Shown one piece after another: positions 28,301-39,090 of a stretch of DNA of 64,000 bases. The stretch is taken from NCBI GenBank assembly GCA_043228905.1, contig JBHGNT010000146.1, forward strand, positions 2,276 to 66,275, in the 5' to 3' direction. The notes beneath the pieces were generated by a model. The model ran no database searches. It had not been told where the DNA came from and was given only the letters and a program-made list of their open reading frames with translations. Source of the stretch: Azolla caroliniana (taxonomy: Eukaryota > Plantae > Polypodiophyta). Position 1 is the first letter of the stretch; the number at the start of each line of letters is the position of its first letter. The position numbers and the translations under genes are program-made.

Positions 28301-31300
28301 AAGAGTTCAGAAATTTTGCTTCAGGATTGTTACAAGTCCGATGTATGGTCCAGTAATAAGAGGGGTTGTGCTTGTCAACTATACATGGCTTTCTTCACAT
28401 TTCGCAGGACAACCTCCAGTACTAACTGCCCATCGCAATCGTATTGAAGCCAGCTTCGCAACATTCTATGTTATAGATGTTCTTGTGAAGATAATCGGTC
28501 TTGATGTGAGTCTCTTTAGTGCCCTACGTTCAATCATATTTATTTTGGTTTGGGACATAATAACTGTTGTTTAATACACTTGTGACAATGATTCTTATGT
28601 ATAGAGTAGAAATTTGTGAACCAAGACATAGAGCACACAACTTGAACTATATCATGGGAGTAAAGCATCAGTTTCCCACGATATAGTTCAGGCAGAGATG
28701 GAAGCAGCCCCATATTGACTGAGGCATTATTCTGATGACCATGATTTGGGAGCTTTGAAACAAAGGCCCTGAAAACTGGTACTTATATTATCAAAATAAC
28801 CCACGGACCATGTAGATAAGTCATTGGTGGTCTGCTGAAATGCAACAGTGGTTCCAATCAGATGGCATAAATATAAATGCAGTACCCATTTTCCAATATA
28901 TCATGGATTGTCCACTTTTAGACATGGACAAAGTGGAGAAGAATACAATGATCCAAGCTGATATCATTACATTGGATCATGAAAGAACATGGATCAACAC
29001 GTTTCCATCATCCTTGTCACTAATAGATAGATGCCATTGCCACCTGGCACCAAAGGTGCTACCCTCACTTCCAAGACCTCTTCAACTTGGGTGGGCCAAT
29101 GTTAGAGATCTTTAGAAGACAGAAGTTTTGGCATATCTAAGTTCGGCAAGGTTGTTAGGTACATTAGGTACGGTACGGATACCAAACGTATATAACGTAT
29201 TAATACGCGTATAGTACCTCCAATTTTAAAAATACGTTAAATATGTTTTCTTAATATGTTAAATACTTATAAAATACGTAAAATACGTATTTTACGTATA
29301 GTACGTTAAATACTTCTAGAATTTGAAAATTATTTACCTTTCTAAAAAATATCTATAATATTGTAAAAAACATCTATGTTTACACAATTTTGTGATGTAC
29401 AATATAGTTCTACATCCTAAAATGCATATAAGACATTTGAACATTTCACATCCTAAAATACTTGTAGTAATATGGATGTCGACATTCCCTTATTCTATAA
29501 ATCAGTGTGAGTGTGTATCACGATGTTCTACTTCAAATTGTAATTATTTACAATTATGGCTTCATAGATTGAGGAATCGTCTACGATTATCACACTCATG
29601 GTAGGTTTCTCTTTTCTTCGTTTTCTTCTTCTTCTTCTTCTATCTACTACAATTATCACACTCAGAGTCAGGACAGGTTCATGTCTGCTTTTCTCTCTTC
29701 ATCTTCTTCATCTTCTTCATCTTCTTCATCTTCTTCATTTTCGTCTCTTCTATTCTTCTTTCTTCCTTCCTTTGGCTTCTTTGTCACTAAAATCTTTTTT
29801 TTCTTTTGCTTTTTGTTGGGGTTTTACTTACATTTTCTTTATAAATACGTATTATACTTGTTTTTTTATAAATACGTTAAATACCGTATTGGACAAATGT
29901 ACATGATATTTGACTGAACAACATTGAGATATAGTATGTACTAGGTACGTAAACAACCATGAAGTTCAAAATCTTAAGCGCTTAGATAACTAGATTCTTT
30001 ACTACCTTTATGTCTAGTTATATTTATTTTTGTTTCTTGTTCTAAAAAGCTAGACAACATTTCAAGTGTGATTTTTTGTTCAATCTTATAGGCCATTTGG
30101 CATTCAAACAAGGCTTTGTCCCACTATGCAAGGTAATGGAATGCAAATACCAATGATACTCGGAACTGTTCATGCTAGAATTCAAGAAACAAAGAAAGAC
30201 TTTGTTGCAAGACAACAATATAACCACACCAACTCATTAACAGAGAACAATCACAACTTTCTTTAGGTCCATCTCATGCTACAAGTCCATCAACGGCTAT
30301 AGAAGTAAGGTCTCAACAAAGACACCCAAAAAGAGTTATAATAGTTCAAGCAATAGCAATGTGTCATGCACGTAGACTGCCACTATGTCAAACATGACCT
30401 TGTCACCCTTCTCATCAACAAATGAAGTGCTTCCCTCTAGACGTCTATCCATATTCAGGCAGCCCATTTTGGATATTTTTCAAAGCAGAAGTTCTAGTTA
30501 ATCTAAGAATCATAAGTGGTCATATCACTGGATTCTTTAGTACCCTATGTTTGGTTATTTTATTTTGATTTGTTCTAAAAGTTGAAATAGGGTTTTGGCC
30601 TGATATAAGATGTTAAGATGGCTTCATTGTGTCCTTTCTTTTGAGAATCTAAAACTGTTTTATTAATTAATTTATATTTATATTTATTATGGTTTTTCAT
30701 TTTCCAAGATAAGACAACATTTTCAGATGTAATATCTGCCATCTTTGCCTCTAGTCACTATCACCAAACTCTATATAGATCGTGTATTACATTACATAGA
30801 GAGATTTGGTGGTTTGCAGCATGCCTAACATGTATATTCATACAAATATTACTATATGCTGATGACATTTTACTTTTCTCCGACTCTTGGGAGGGATGAC
30901 AATCGCATTGCCTTAAACTCATTTTGTTGTGAAAATGTTTGTCGGTAAACATAGATAAAACTAAAGTGATGGTGTTTAACATCTCTGGAGACATGTTAGA
31001 TATAATCAATGATCAGCCCCAAGTTGTAAATCTATCCCCATATGTGCTCTTAGAGTGCACATTTTGTGATAGCGCCCCAAATGAGGAGCGGCTAGTGTGC
31101 AACTCGACCATATGGGTCGATAAGGTGTTAATCTAGGAAACCGTAGATGCATAGGACACAGTGGATTTAGGAAAGAGCGAAATAGGTAATAGGATTGGCT
31201 AGTCAAGTCAACTAGAATATTTTGTGGGTAAGTTACGATGTACTTAGTCTTGAAGTATGTGCCATTGAAGACACAGTAACAAGATCAGAACCAGAATTCT

Positions 31301-34300
31301 TATTGGGAGAGGAAAAGGTGGCACATACACAATCCTACACGTACTTAGGACTAAACATTCATAGGGGTTTGATTCTACTTACAGGAAACTGCTTGTGCTT
31401 GAATTTCTCAGGGATATGTATCCCTTGGTAAACTTCAGAGACAATGTTCGCCTATACAGCTCCAAGAGCCACCAACTGAATGGGGGCTATTTGATACAAT
31501 AGTAACACCGACTCTTCTCTATGGAATAGAAACTTGGGGACCGAGTCTCAACGAGGCAAATAACTAGAAATATTTGGTGAGAGCTTTAGTCTCAATGATT
31601 GCCCACATGATAAGGAGCAAAGCATGGATGCCTATGATATAATTGGGGCTGAGATGGGAGCAGCCCCAATAATCACTGAGGCATTATTCCAATCAGAGAC
31701 CAGTATCCAAGAGCTCATCAACTGAAAGATAACATACAACTACTCAAGCTCATCAACAAAAAACGATCACAACTGTCTTTAGCCCCATCCTATTCATGCT
31801 GCAAATCAATGAAGGGTTATACAGTGCGCTTCCAACCAAGACACTGCAAAGGGATAACAATGGAATGGGCAATAGCAATTTTTCATGCGTGGACCACAAT
31901 CTCACCACCCTTGTCATTGGAAATAAAGGCCATTATCTACTGCCATCACAGTTGCGTCCTTGCTTTGGAGATCTTTCTATTTTGGTTCAACCTATGCCAG
32001 AGACCTTTTGAAGAAAAAAATGAATCTATCCTACTTTAGAATCTTACATGTATCAATAAACTATTATTTAGTCATGTTTTATTTTGTTTACTTTATTTTA
32101 TTTAGTTACATTTATTTTGGTTTGTTTTCATAGACGAGAAAATTTTAAGATGTAATCTCTGGTTTGGTCTTATAGGCCAATTTGGCCTCTTAAAAAGACG
32201 TTAATAAATATGTAAGTTACCTGTGTGTGCTGAAAACGTTTTAAAAAAACATTATTGAAATATTTCCGGTGCAGGTGCGTGATTTTATATCAGACCCTTG
32301 GAATATATTTGAGTTATGCAATGCAATCGTTAGTGAAACAATGATAATGCCTGAGACACTATCTTTAAGGAAAACTGTAGGTAGAGTCCCAATGGGAGCA
32401 AGAATATTTCGTGTGATTCGTTACACTCCTAGGTTGAATAATCTCCTAAAGATAGTGATTGTGAGTATGATGCATATGGTCGACATTATATGGTTATTAG
32501 GAATCTTGCTGGTTTCGTTTGCTATCATTGGTGTCCAGATGTTTGCAAAACTTAGAGATGGCATCTGCATTGGAAATGAAATGAACTTTTCTTCCTTCAC
32601 AAATGCCTTTATTACGCTTTTTCAGGTGCTCCTCTCTCCTTCTTTTATGTTTCATAATATTTGCTCTGCTATACTATGTAAAATGCAAAGATTAAGGTGT
32701 AAAGCACCAGATCTCATGTGTTACCAAATAGCACAACCAAATCATGAGGAATTGATCTTGATGATCATCGAAAATTCATGTTGATTACATAGGTTGTGTA
32801 CAGAATACTTGTGATTAAAATTCTTTATGAAATACTGTTTATTTACATTGCTGTCCATATGCTAATTATTCACGTTACTATTATTAAAGCAAAATTAGCA
32901 TTGCTTTTATGTAACTGTGTTGTTTTCCTTTTATTGCTTCGTTGATTTCTTGTGAATATTGTTGTGCAGATTATGACAGGAGACAATTGGTCTTGCCTTT
33001 TGATTGATACCATGCAACAATTTCCTTTTTGTACCAAAGATGACCCCATACATGGATCTGAATGTGGAAATAATGCATTTGCACTTTTTTACTTCATTCT
33101 TTTTATCACACTGGCCACCCATATATTCATGAATATGTTTGTGGCAAGCATTATAGATACAATTACCTTTGGGCTGCTGAAGGAGAAAACCATAATAACA
33201 CCAGCAAATCTCACAGAATATCAAGAATTATGGAGTGATAGTGAATTTGATCCATTGAGTAAAGGTTTTATAGGATTCCATAAGCTACGTTCCTTCGTTA
33301 ATCGGCTTGGCATCCCATTGGGTCGTCGTCACAATGCTCCAAGCGAATGGTCTCTTTCTATCTATCTCTCTAATTTATTTATTTAGTTATATTATTCTTT
33401 TAAGTTTAGAGGTTTTATTACTCTAAAATAGATACAGGAACAATAGGACGCACATTATGTGTCTGTATCTTTATTTTTTCATTTACTTATTTTCCATGAA
33501 AAAGGTGATATTTAAATAAAAATTATATAATAAACTGTATGGTGCATGTACAAAAAGCTGTAAGTGGTCACAAAATCTTTATACGAGAGAGAGAGAGAGA
33601 GAGAGATTAACGTCTTTTAAGAGGCCAAAATGGCCTATAAGACCAAACAAGAGATTACATCTGAAGTGTTGTCTTGTCTTTGAGAACAACAAATCAAAAT
33701 AAAATAAATATTACTCCGTAAATATAAAAGTAAATAAGATAAAAAGAGATGAGGGAAGAGAGAGAGAGAGAGAAAGATATATTAACGGCTTTGAAGAGGC
33801 CAAAATGGCCTATAAGACCAAATAAGAGATTACATCTTAAGTGTTGTCTCGTCTTTGAGAACAAATCAAAATAAAATAAATATTACACAGTAAATATAAA
33901 AGTAAATAACATGAAGAGAGAGAGAGAGAATTTAGAATTAGAATTAGAATTCTTATCGTCCATAGAGAGGGAGAGAGAGAGAGAGAGAGTGTGTGTGTGT
34001 GTGTGTGTGTGTGGCAAGGCTTGGCTTGGTAACTATCAAAGCTGTTATTTTAGAGTTACATAGGCAAATGATGGCCTTTTGGAAAATGTGAAGTAGGTTT
34101 CATATACCACATGGATATGGTTATAGTTGGCAATCAATATTGGTGTTACCTATCCCAGATTCCCCAATTGCAGAGTTGGTCGTTGAGGAATCATGGAAAG
34201 ATTGGTCGTTTGCTACTGAAAAATCATTGATACTTTTCGTGCACAGTAATAATGTATACCATAAATTGGTTGAAGATAGAACTTGGTTACTGAAGACTGT

Positions 34301-35966
34301 TTTAGATACATGACAAATTACCCAATGTTTAAAATGGGTGTGAGTTTTAGATGCAGGATAGCAGTCTCATCTTCCATTTTGTGCAAATGTGTTTCTTTGG
34401 CATGTAATGGTGGGTGGGTTGCCTTTGGCCATGACTTTAAAACGAAGACAGATACGCGTTTTTTCTGTACAGTGATTGAGGAAGATCCCAGACACAGGTT
34501 CATTATATGCCCAGTTTCTAAAACCATTTGGGTTGTTATATCACAACTTTGGGCATCATTAACTAGCAGTGTTTTGTCACATTTTCAATGGATTTTCATC
34601 AAGGCTGTTAGAGCTCTACCCACCCCACCATATAAGGTTGTATTTTTCTATCTTAGGTATTGGGGGATGTGGTATAATTGGAGCCTGAGAAATGGGTTCT
34701 TGTTTGATGAACTTCATGGGGAACCACAACAAATACATAGGCTGAAAGGAGAGTTGATTTCCACATCGGCATATTGGATTTCTCTCACCAAAGAAAGGCA
34801 TAGTTTTTCTTTGTCTCAATATTGAGATAATACTCACAAGTTGCCTCCCCATTTCACTTTACCCATAAAAGTGTTTTCTTAAAGCCTAGTTTGCATTGCA
34901 TTCTGCAGTTCAAAGGAAGTAAGAACATAGGGTGAATTGTGCATGGAGCTTTTTGGGCCAGTGAAGAATTGATAATCTCACTCTATAGTTTCTAGCAAAA
35001 CTTCTGTTAATGTATGTCTGCTATAACTGTAAATCCATAAGCACTATATCTTGCCTGGACAATTTTGGATTTTTGTAGATACTGTAGTTTTGTAATTTCT
35101 GAAATTGTATACTTTGTTAAACTATAGAAAGAACTCCTTTTTTAAAAGTGTTCAAAGGAAAATGATTGTCCATGGTTGGGATTCTACAAATTCAAATGCT
35201 TTTGTCATTTCTTTATTTTTTTTAACTTAGAACTTTTAATGCATGTAATTTTTCAACAAAAACATTATAAGGAATATAAATGTCATAGTGAAGGATTCAC
35301 ATATATAAAATATACAGATGTTAAAGAATTTATTCAAGTTTTCAAGTGCCATGGTAGTTGTATTTGTTCATCTTACAGGTCTAAATCTGAGACACTAATT
35401 AAAGCTATTTGAATGTCGTAGGTATGCACGAATAGAATGGGAAGTGCTTTCTTTTCATGTACGAGGCAAAGGAGTGGGATTTAGAGAGCTTCTTGAGACA
35501 TTGGCATTATATAAGATTGGTTCTAAGGTAAACTTTACCATGTTCACCCAGTGAGCAAACGTTGAGATCTTTTTTTTACTAATTTTTGGGTTTCCTTAGA
35601 AATTGAATCGACTGATATAATAAATTTGCGAAGCGTTTGCCTGAATTTCACACACATAATATTCAGTAGAACATGCATTGAATGCTTATGTTATTCCCAC
35701 ATTTGAAATACTGCAAACCTCATCAATTGCAAACCCTTATTATTGACTGTCTCTCTTTTTTCAACTAACTTTTGCATTAGGGATTGGAGTTAGCTATTCG
35801 GATCGAAAGAGAGAAACAAGTGCAAAAGATTTATAGGTATGGTGCCATGGTTAAGATTCAATCAGTTGTGCGAGGCTTTCTCGTCAGGAGAAAATGCAAA
35901 ACATCAAGAGAGCATGACCAAAAGCCAAAGGGGGACATCAAAGTACAATCGATGCTTCTGGAATAA
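4382..35966 (+). CDS. Four-domain voltage-gated-type cation channel alpha subunit (Cav/Nav/NALCN/Cch1 superfamily), predicted Ca2+-permeable, ~1762 aa, 24 exons
   Basis: Phase-consistent GT-AG exons: 4382-4497, 5776-6013, 6251-6375, 6513-6659, 10487-10594, 10676-10793, 11923-12047, 12610-12709, 13590-13661, 15258-15324, 16694-16797, 16948-17252, 17388-17593, 17865-17954, 19551-19693, 20874-21118, 22596-22722, 22805-23656, 26371-26874, 28032-28505, 32275-32625, 32970-33349, 35422-35527, 35781-35966 (5289 nt, no internal stop seen). Four repeats with S2 F-x-x-E-x-x-x-R/K (D in repeat IV), S3 N-x-x-D/E, S4 arginines, pore loops FDIF..TLFQVVSLESW / NFDSI..TTADMW / HFDNF..STFDNI / NFSSF..TLFQIMTGDNW, S6 helices and C-terminal IQSVVRGFLVRRK. 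Confidence 0.93.
4925..5660. repeat. Degenerate ~115-170 bp tandem repeat in channel intron 1
   Basis: Recurring GAAGAATTATTTCAACATT...GGTTATGCATA...CTAGCTATAAAACATTC...TTAAAC units, about 6 copies. Confidence 0.7.
6950..7422 (+). mobile_element. 3' end of a LINE-like family (family A) with (CTTT)n tail
   Basis: Ends ...GATGTAATCTCTTGTTTGGTCTTATAGGCGAATTTAGCCTCTTAAAAGATGTTAATATATCTTTCTT. Homologous to many other copies in the window. Confidence 0.75.
7900..9150 (+). mobile_element. Decayed Ty3/gypsy pol remnant (RNase H and integrase) in intron 4
   Basis: Fragments FEVETNTSDNVIGAILYQ, PFVITINHQSLKYF, PLNIPNNKWGSISIYFIISFPQ, FYGLPMDVVSDRNSMFTSEFWTQVF. Confidence 0.75.
9295..9567 (-). repeat. 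LTR fragment, family B, minus strand
   Basis: Reverse complement of 9906-10200. Terminus reads TGTTGAGAATCAAGC on the minus strand. Confidence 0.8.
9906..10240 (+). repeat. LTR fragment or solo LTR, family B, plus strand
   Basis: Begins TGTTGAGAATCAAGCT and contains TATATAAA. Homologous to 9295-9567 and 19960-20273. Right end uncertain. Confidence 0.75.
14700..15012 (+). mobile_element. LINE family A 3' end
   Basis: AGATGTAATCTGGTG...TAGGTCATTTTGGCCTCTTAAAAGAC followed by a TTTC tail. Confidence 0.7.
15888..16228 (-). mobile_element. Two tandem LINE family A 3' ends with duplicated flank
   Basis: GAAAGAAAG...AACGTCTTTTAAGAGGCCAAAATGGCCTATAAGACCAAA occurs twice. Each is preceded by the same TTAAAGTGGTTATATTTTCCCACATTACAATAAGCTTGG flank. 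Confidence 0.75.
17621..17738 (-). mobile_element. Short LINE family A 3' end, 27 bp after the exon 13 donor
   Basis: (AGAA)n then GATATTAACGTCTTTTAAGAGGCCAAAATGGCCTATAAG... Confidence 0.75.
18062..18420 (-). mobile_element. Diverged LINE family A 3' end
   Basis: GGGCCAAAATGGCCC hairpin variant plus homologous adjacent sequence. Confidence 0.55.
18997..19341. mobile_element. AATAC(G/T)-rich non-autonomous DNA-transposon-like element
   Basis: CATAGCTGT...ACAATTATG imperfect termini and repeated AATAC motifs. Related fragment at ~21738-21800. Confidence 0.45.
19950..20284 (-). mobile_element. Family B 3' LTR with polypurine tract, minus strand
   Basis: Minus strand reads ATGAGGGGGCA|TGTTGAGAATC, i.e. 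PPT followed by the LTR start. Confidence 0.75.
21400..22120 (+). mobile_element. LINE family A 3' portion
   Basis: Homologous to 31480-31620 and to the shared 3' end. (TTTC)n tail at ~22100-22120. Confidence 0.65.
23860..24660 (-). mobile_element. LINE ORF2 remnant, APE endonuclease
   Basis: ORF 24360-24644 ELYIVIFYFPP...GDIVLLGDFNTRA carries the APE GDFN motif. Confidence 0.65.
25100..25848 (+). mobile_element. LINE family A 3' portion
   Basis: Homologous to 6950-7422. Includes decayed C-terminal ORF2-like sequence (GRYAEIP). Confidence 0.7.
27598..27860. repeat. ~135 bp tandem duplication
   Basis: GAAAAGAATG..TGTGAA..CATGGAAA..CACATGTCCTCATGAGAGTCC...GTATTAATGTTT occurs twice. Confidence 0.85.
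29147..29961. mobile_element. hAT-like non-autonomous element nested in a LINE copy
   Basis: Termini CAAGGTTGTT / AACAACCATG, flanks AAGTTCGG / AAGTTCAA (imperfect 8-bp TSD), subterminal AATACG repeats and internal (CTTCAT)n. Confidence 0.65.
30800..32205 (+). mobile_element. Longest LINE family A copy, with RT remnant
   Basis: ILLYADDILLFS at ~30847-30882, SVNIDKTKVMVF, SYTYLGL, VTPTLLYGIETWG, then the conserved 3' end with TAGGCCAATTTGGCCTC. Confidence 0.75.
33585..33930 (-). mobile_element. Two short LINE family A 3' ends embedded in (GA)n
   Basis: Two copies of AAGAGGCCAAAATGGCCTATAAGACCAAA..., each flanked by GA repeats. Confidence 0.75.
34020..34830 (+). mobile_element. L1-like ORF2 C-terminal remnant (zf-RVT-like)
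   Basis: FFCTVIEEDPRHRFIICPVSKTIW...WYNWSLRNGFLF. Confidence 0.6.
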
Positions 35967-37370
35967 ATTTTACTACCAAAACATTACAGAAAAAGTCAAT
36001 TTTGTAGAGAGAGCATCCTATCTCATCATTTTATGAGGTGAATCATTGTATTCATATCATCTAGTAAAGTGTCAATGCATGTGTCCATGCATGGTGTAGA
36101 GTATGAGTGTAGAATTGTATATGAAGCATAAGTTGCAACTCTTGCTTATGACATCTTGATCAACCACCAAAGACTGCTTTTTGTCGTTTCTCTTCGTATC
36201 AAGTGATTAGTATCGATGGAGGAGCATCCTTGCAACAATATTTTTGTTTAACGAGAAAAAAAAACCTCAAGTATTTAATGAGCCGTGATTTTAATATTTC
36301 TTGTATGATCATTTTCTTATGGGTTGTATTATAATTTTTATTCAATGAATTTATGATTTGTACCAAGGTCGTCATGCATTGATGCAATGGCAACCATTGG
36401 ATGGTGGATTGAGTTTCTTCTGTCTTTAAGCAAATTTTGTGGCATTAGGTGTGGGGTCCCTGTTCTGTCCCAATTGTTACATAGACACCCCCATGAAATA
36501 GGGGCGTAACTTTGCAGTTATTATTAAAAGATTTGTATTGTTACAATCAATTGCCATAAGAAATTGGTTCCATTGTGTGGAAAATGAACCAACATGAGAA
36601 GTACTTGTCTTTGTTCCTAACATCGGGGAACTCATGGAAGGAGTAGGACTAGTTAGAGGCCTTACTCGGTTGTTTTTCCCGGGAAGGTCTCTCATCTAAC
36701 TGATCTTCATGTTCCTGAAGGGTGTCTGTGAGCTCTTTGGGGAGTTGACTGAAGGCGGTATAGAAAGCGTGACCAATGAAGCTGACGAGTGAACAAGATG
36801 TAAAGATAGCGACCGAAGTTGCAATTTCCATTGCTTTATAACCTAAGAAATATTAATTCCCATGAGATATAATAGTAAATTTCAATTGATTGAATATGAT
36901 CTATGGCTACCAATTTGGTTGAGGATACTCCCAAGGGTGTCATAGTAAATAACTTTTGTCACAATAATTGGTATTTAAATATAAAGTTAAAAATTTGTTG
37001 TTTTCTTACTATCCTTCAGCATTCCCTCCATTTAATTTATATTTATTGTTCTTACATTTTGCCATTCTCTAATTTTTGTTTTGTTTGCGTTTTCTAGCAT
37101 GAAATAGTGCTCTTTCTTTCAAAATGTTGTTTGAAGTATGGGAAAACATGTATTTGAAATATTGAGTTTTCCTTTTTCTGGTAATGTTTCATTGCAATGT
37201 GAACCTCATCTATCACAAACTAGCATTTGAATTTGTTGTACTACTTTTAAGTTCATTGTGAAGTCATTTGACAATCAAACAAGATTCATTTTGACTCCCT
37301 TGGGTAGCCAGTTGTAGTCAATATTGCTATGCTGCAACAAATTTTCTTTCATAAGCCTTACCAGGAAATA

Positions 37371-38120
37371 CTAGTAGTGTATCTTCGACACTTGGTTGCT
37401 TGACGAACCCTCATCGTGCCATTCTCTTCGCTTGTCAAAGTGGCTACACACTCTCTTAATTGCGGCCCAATCCAAGATGCCTCTCATAAGCATTTTGGCT
37501 TTATAAGCCTCCAAGTAGCACGAGACATCTTTCCTGTTGAAACGCCTTGATGCACCGATGATGGTCTTTATGGCCAATCGTGCTTTCTCGTGCATGCATC
37601 AACCCGTTCATGGTTGTTGCCATCATCTCGGCAAGATCTCCTCCTTTCTTCTTGAATCCTCCCTTGTAGCTCTTTCACGTTGCGTTCACCAAATTATGTT
37701 GTGATAACATGTGTGTGTGTGCTACTCGAACAGGATCACGAGGGTCTTGGACTAGGGAGGTCACAAGGGTTGAGAAGGCGTGGAGGATAGGCCTTGAACT
37801 CAAAGGCTCCTCAGACTCGTAGGGAGCGCATAGTCAAACAGAGCTTAAACTCAGGGAGAGAACTATCATGAACTTTACTCCCTCTCTCTCCCTTGCGTAA
37901 ACCACGATTAGTACGTGAGGTTAGAGTAATAATGAGCGATTAGGAAAGAGGAGCCTATTCCTAGATCAGGAGCATTCAATTAAAGAAACCAAGAATTAAA
38001 CCAAGAATTGACAAGAGATTTTACAAAATGAGGAGCTTGAATTATAGGTTAAATCATTCAATTAAACAAGGAAACCCCTTTACACCTTAGAGTGAATAGC
38101 GGTATAGGCAAGTTGTTACA
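37371..38120 (-). mobile_element. Truncated LTR retrotransposon: 5' LTR 37697-38120, tRNA-Trp-type PBS, gag fragment
   Basis: Minus strand TGTAAC...CAACA LTR, then TGGTGAACGCAACGTGA (37675-37691), then gag-like RFNRKDVSCYLEAYKAKMLMRGI. Confidence 0.6.
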
Positions 38121-38191
38121 ACGGTGGTGGAAATGCCAACCACTCTTCAAGCAGCTTAGAAGGAAGGGTGGAGAGGAGAAGAGAGATTAAG

Positions 38192-38596
38192 TAACAATAG
38201 GCAATAGTTCGGTTCGGTTTGAGTATCAAAATCGAACCGGTTTGAAACCAAATCGTTAAAAAAATTTGAAACTTGACCTAAACGAATTGAGCCACAAAAC
38301 TATTCAAACCGAACCATTAAAAAAAATCCAAACCATTAAACCGTTAAAACCGTGGTTCAGTTTCAGTTTTCAACTTAGATCAAAATTCAAAATTTAAATT
38401 TTTTTCATTATTTTAAATTTTAAGTTTTCAAAAATTTAAAGGTTTTCCTAAAATGTGAGATTAGGCTTAAATTTTTAATTTTCTTTTTAAAAATTAAAAA
38501 TTAAAACTATTAAACCATTTAAACTGCACTTTCTAACCGTTTAAACCGTTATGTCTAGGTTTGGTTTGGTTCAAACCGAACCGTTATCGACTATTA
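38192..38596. mobile_element. MITE-like element rich in CGGTT/AACCG motifs
   Basis: Imperfect inverted ends TAACAATAGGCAATAGTTCGGTT...AACCGAACCGTTATCGACTATTA with an AT-rich core. Confidence 0.6.
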
Positions 38597-39090
38597 AGAT
38601 TATTTGGCGTGCTATTACAACGATGGTGGAAAGGCCAACCACTAATCAAGCAACATGGAAAGAAGGAAAGCGAGGAGTGGGATTAAGCTTCTGGTGAATA
38701 CGAGATGAGTGGGTTGTTGAGACCATTGCTACCATTGATGGCTTCGATGCTATGAGTTGAGGTAGTGTTCTTAGGCCACTCCGTTCACTCTTTGTGTGAC
38801 TACAAGCTCGATGATCCACTTCCTTTTATAGGAAGAATGTCCCTAGAGGGTGCTCCTTTGCATTCAATGCTTCCTTAAACATGTCCTTTATTCCCTTCAA
38901 TTCCTTTTCATAGACCGTTGCCCCCTTTTCTTTACATTTTTCTTTTCCCCTTTTCACATCTCTCTTCTTTTTCCCATGCGCTTCCACCCTTTGTTTTCTC
39001 ACTTTTTACCTTTGGCCACACAACATCACTTCAACTTGTGCCTCCTTCTTACCCAAAGCTATGATCCATGTCAATACACGATGGTATAAG

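Noticed and set aside
29598-29917. LHL- and Ser-repeat ORFs
   Set aside because: Derived from a (CTTCAT)n microsatellite inside a MITE-like element.
4382-35966. Two-pore channel TPC1, or separate single-domain CatSper-like genes
   Set aside because: Four pore loops join in one phase-consistent reading frame with a terminal IQ motif. TPC1 has two repeats with central EF hands.
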